Assembly (NCBI GenBank): GCA_024704765.1
Contig: JAKMXF010000055.1
Span: forward strand, 256,353 to 320,352
Source: Oopsacas minuta
Lineage: Eukaryota > Animalia > Porifera
DNA length: 64,000 nt
Reading direction: 5' to 3'
Shown here: piece by piece, positions 62,171 to 64,000 of the stretch
Layout: each line of letters begins with the position of its first letter
Position numbering within the stretch: the first letter of the stretch is position 1
Program-made: the position numbers and the translations under genes
The notes under the pieces: model-generated
Told to the model about the DNA's origin: nothing
Databases searched by the model: none
The model's input: only the letters and a program-made list of their open reading frames with translations

Positions 62171-63023
62171 TACAGGGCCGGCTCAAGGGGGGGCTGCGAC
62201 CCTTACAAATGCACGATCCACCGAATAATTGACCCCAGGATACTGAACCTTAAAATGTATGGTCCGTATCATAGGCGCCAGAACTCAATTTGGTCAGAGT
62301 GGGTCAAAAAACACCCTACCTACCTTCTTTTGGCGCCCCTGGTCCCGATAGATAATGAATTTCTGACGGACCTGAAAGTGTTGTCAGGTGTCCCCTATTG
62401 TACATTGACAATGCTTTAATATTCAATAAGCGGAAATTCCTGCGATTTTCTCCAAATTGCGTTAATTTCATGTAACTGAATATTTTGCTTCAACATTAAT
62501 CGCAATGATTTCCTTCGCGTTATTTTTCATCTCATTAATTTGATTGAGCTTTTATTTCCTATAACAGGGTGTTCACCTGAAATTCTTTACCAATTTCTCC
62601 TTGATATATTTATCATATATTTAGGCAGTGACATTCTCTGATTTTCTACTCTATGTTTACGACAGGTTATTACACAAAGACCTCAATGAGAGAGTTATTA
62701 GATATGGTCTTCAAAGCGCAAAGTTGTCATCCTTTGTCACATCAATCCCTGGACAAAGCATTTCCGCAATGTAATCAACAAAACGATATTTTATGTGTGT
62801 CATCCAACAATGCATATAGGTACTGCAGCGGGCTGGGAATTTCATGGAACGGCTCAGACCGATAGCATAAACCTGGTCAATTCTTGTTCAGCCCACCCTA
62901 AAGTTTTGGCAAGTTTGGTGGAACATTAGCCCCAACACATGTCCAAAAAACCGGGACATTTGTATATTGGCTCATTAAATGGTTGGCTATCTATATAGTA
63001 TAAATTTAATTTTTTAATAATAA

Positions 63024-63603
63024 CTAGCGCCCTTCGCTTGCTAGGTCGCTGCGCGACATCGTAGGGCTCAGGTTAGCTAAAGTATAAACAGTTACATTTC
63101 TTGATGCTTTTGGTGGCTAGGCGACGAGCATGTACTCGGCCTCTGGGTTAACTTCTTGTAGAAATATTATATTTTTATCCTCTATGGTCCATCCACAATC
63201 CATTTAATGGCCTTCTGTGGTAATACTGGAACTCTTACGTGGCTTTTACTAATCTGGACGCTTCGTGTCTCGAAGAATAAGAAAAGGCATGATAACGTAA
63301 TTATCCCATGTCATATGAATTAGCTTTTGGTAGGAATCATGACGTCAGGACATTTGTCACATTGAGGGGGACCTGTAATTCAGATTTCAAACTTCTATCA
63401 TGTATATTGGCTGAGCAATGACGTCGTGGTTTCATCATGTGTGAATTTTCGTCCAAGACTCGTACTTGTCCTAGGCAGGCCCATAATACCCCTGTGCCAA
63501 AAATCAGCCCTGTGGGTTCTCCAGTTTCTTCAATCAATTCTGGACATACAAACATATATATATACACACTTAGAGCTAGATTAATTACGTTAAATAGTAT
63601 AGA
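63024..63603 (-). mobile_element. Non-autonomous Helitron
   Basis: The minus strand starts A|TCTATACTA and ends with a GC-rich hairpin-like tract then CTAG|T; inserted between A and T without TSD. Confidence 0.8.
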
Positions 63604-64000
63604 TTATACTAAATATATAAGCCATTTTCCTACGATTTCAGGCTTAGGTATATACCGTTTATACATTATGTAGTCAGAGTCGCTTAGGTAGAAAATTATA
63701 GATACAAACTTAATATAATAAATTTAATGATATTTCGTCGGCACAGGCGGTGATTTGAGATTATTATCCGAGTCGCCTGATTCTGTACAACGATACTACC
63801 GAAATTTGTCCTGTGATTATTCCGAGTTTAGAATCTGCCCTGTGCCTGGGTTTGGTATCTGTCCGAAGATAATTCAGAGTTCGGAATCCGTCCTAAATTT
63901 CTTAATAATATATTAGAGAAAATACTTAATGATTAGCATAAAGTCCACATTCCCGTCCCTAGGTAGCTTAATAACGAACACAAATGAACACTCCCAGACA

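Noticed and set aside
62653-62865. 70-aa ORF
   Set aside because: No recognisable domain in any frame.
1-64000. rRNA, tRNA or snRNA genes
   Set aside because: No conserved motifs were recognised by eye; a covariance-model scan would be needed to exclude small RNAs.

Overview
AT-rich eukaryotic (animal) genomic DNA, not prokaryotic. My inference from the style of the NHL-repeat gene, the intron-poor genes and the base composition is an early-branching animal, possibly a hexactinellid sponge; this is unverified. Five host genes are supported: a TGF-beta type I receptor kinase (1..1979, minus, runs off the window), a divergent SEM1/DSS1, EEIG1/FAM102, a CD225/dispanin membrane protein and a two-exon ATAD3. 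An NHL-repeat gene is broken into three pieces. Most of the rest is DNA-transposon material: hAT (ZMYM1-like and Buster/Charlie), mariner (one intact), P/THAP elements with 7-bp target duplications, several Mutator-like elements, a near-complete Chapaev element with a RAG1-N-terminus-like domain, non-autonomous Helitrons and many MITEs, often nested. Highlights: (1) a ~16.25-kb block inside the NHL gene that begins with the body of a hAT element and ends with the missing 5' end of what appears to be the same hAT family, i.e. a circularly permuted insertion; (2) the Chapaev element; (3) Mutator-like transposases fused to ubiquitin-system domains (RING, OTU); (4) a MULE with apparently near-identical 1,557-bp TIRs around a decayed transposase; (5) an atypical GS box and a DFG motif in the type I receptor. 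No rRNA, tRNA or CRISPR array was recognised. All family assignments come from recalled motifs, not database searches.
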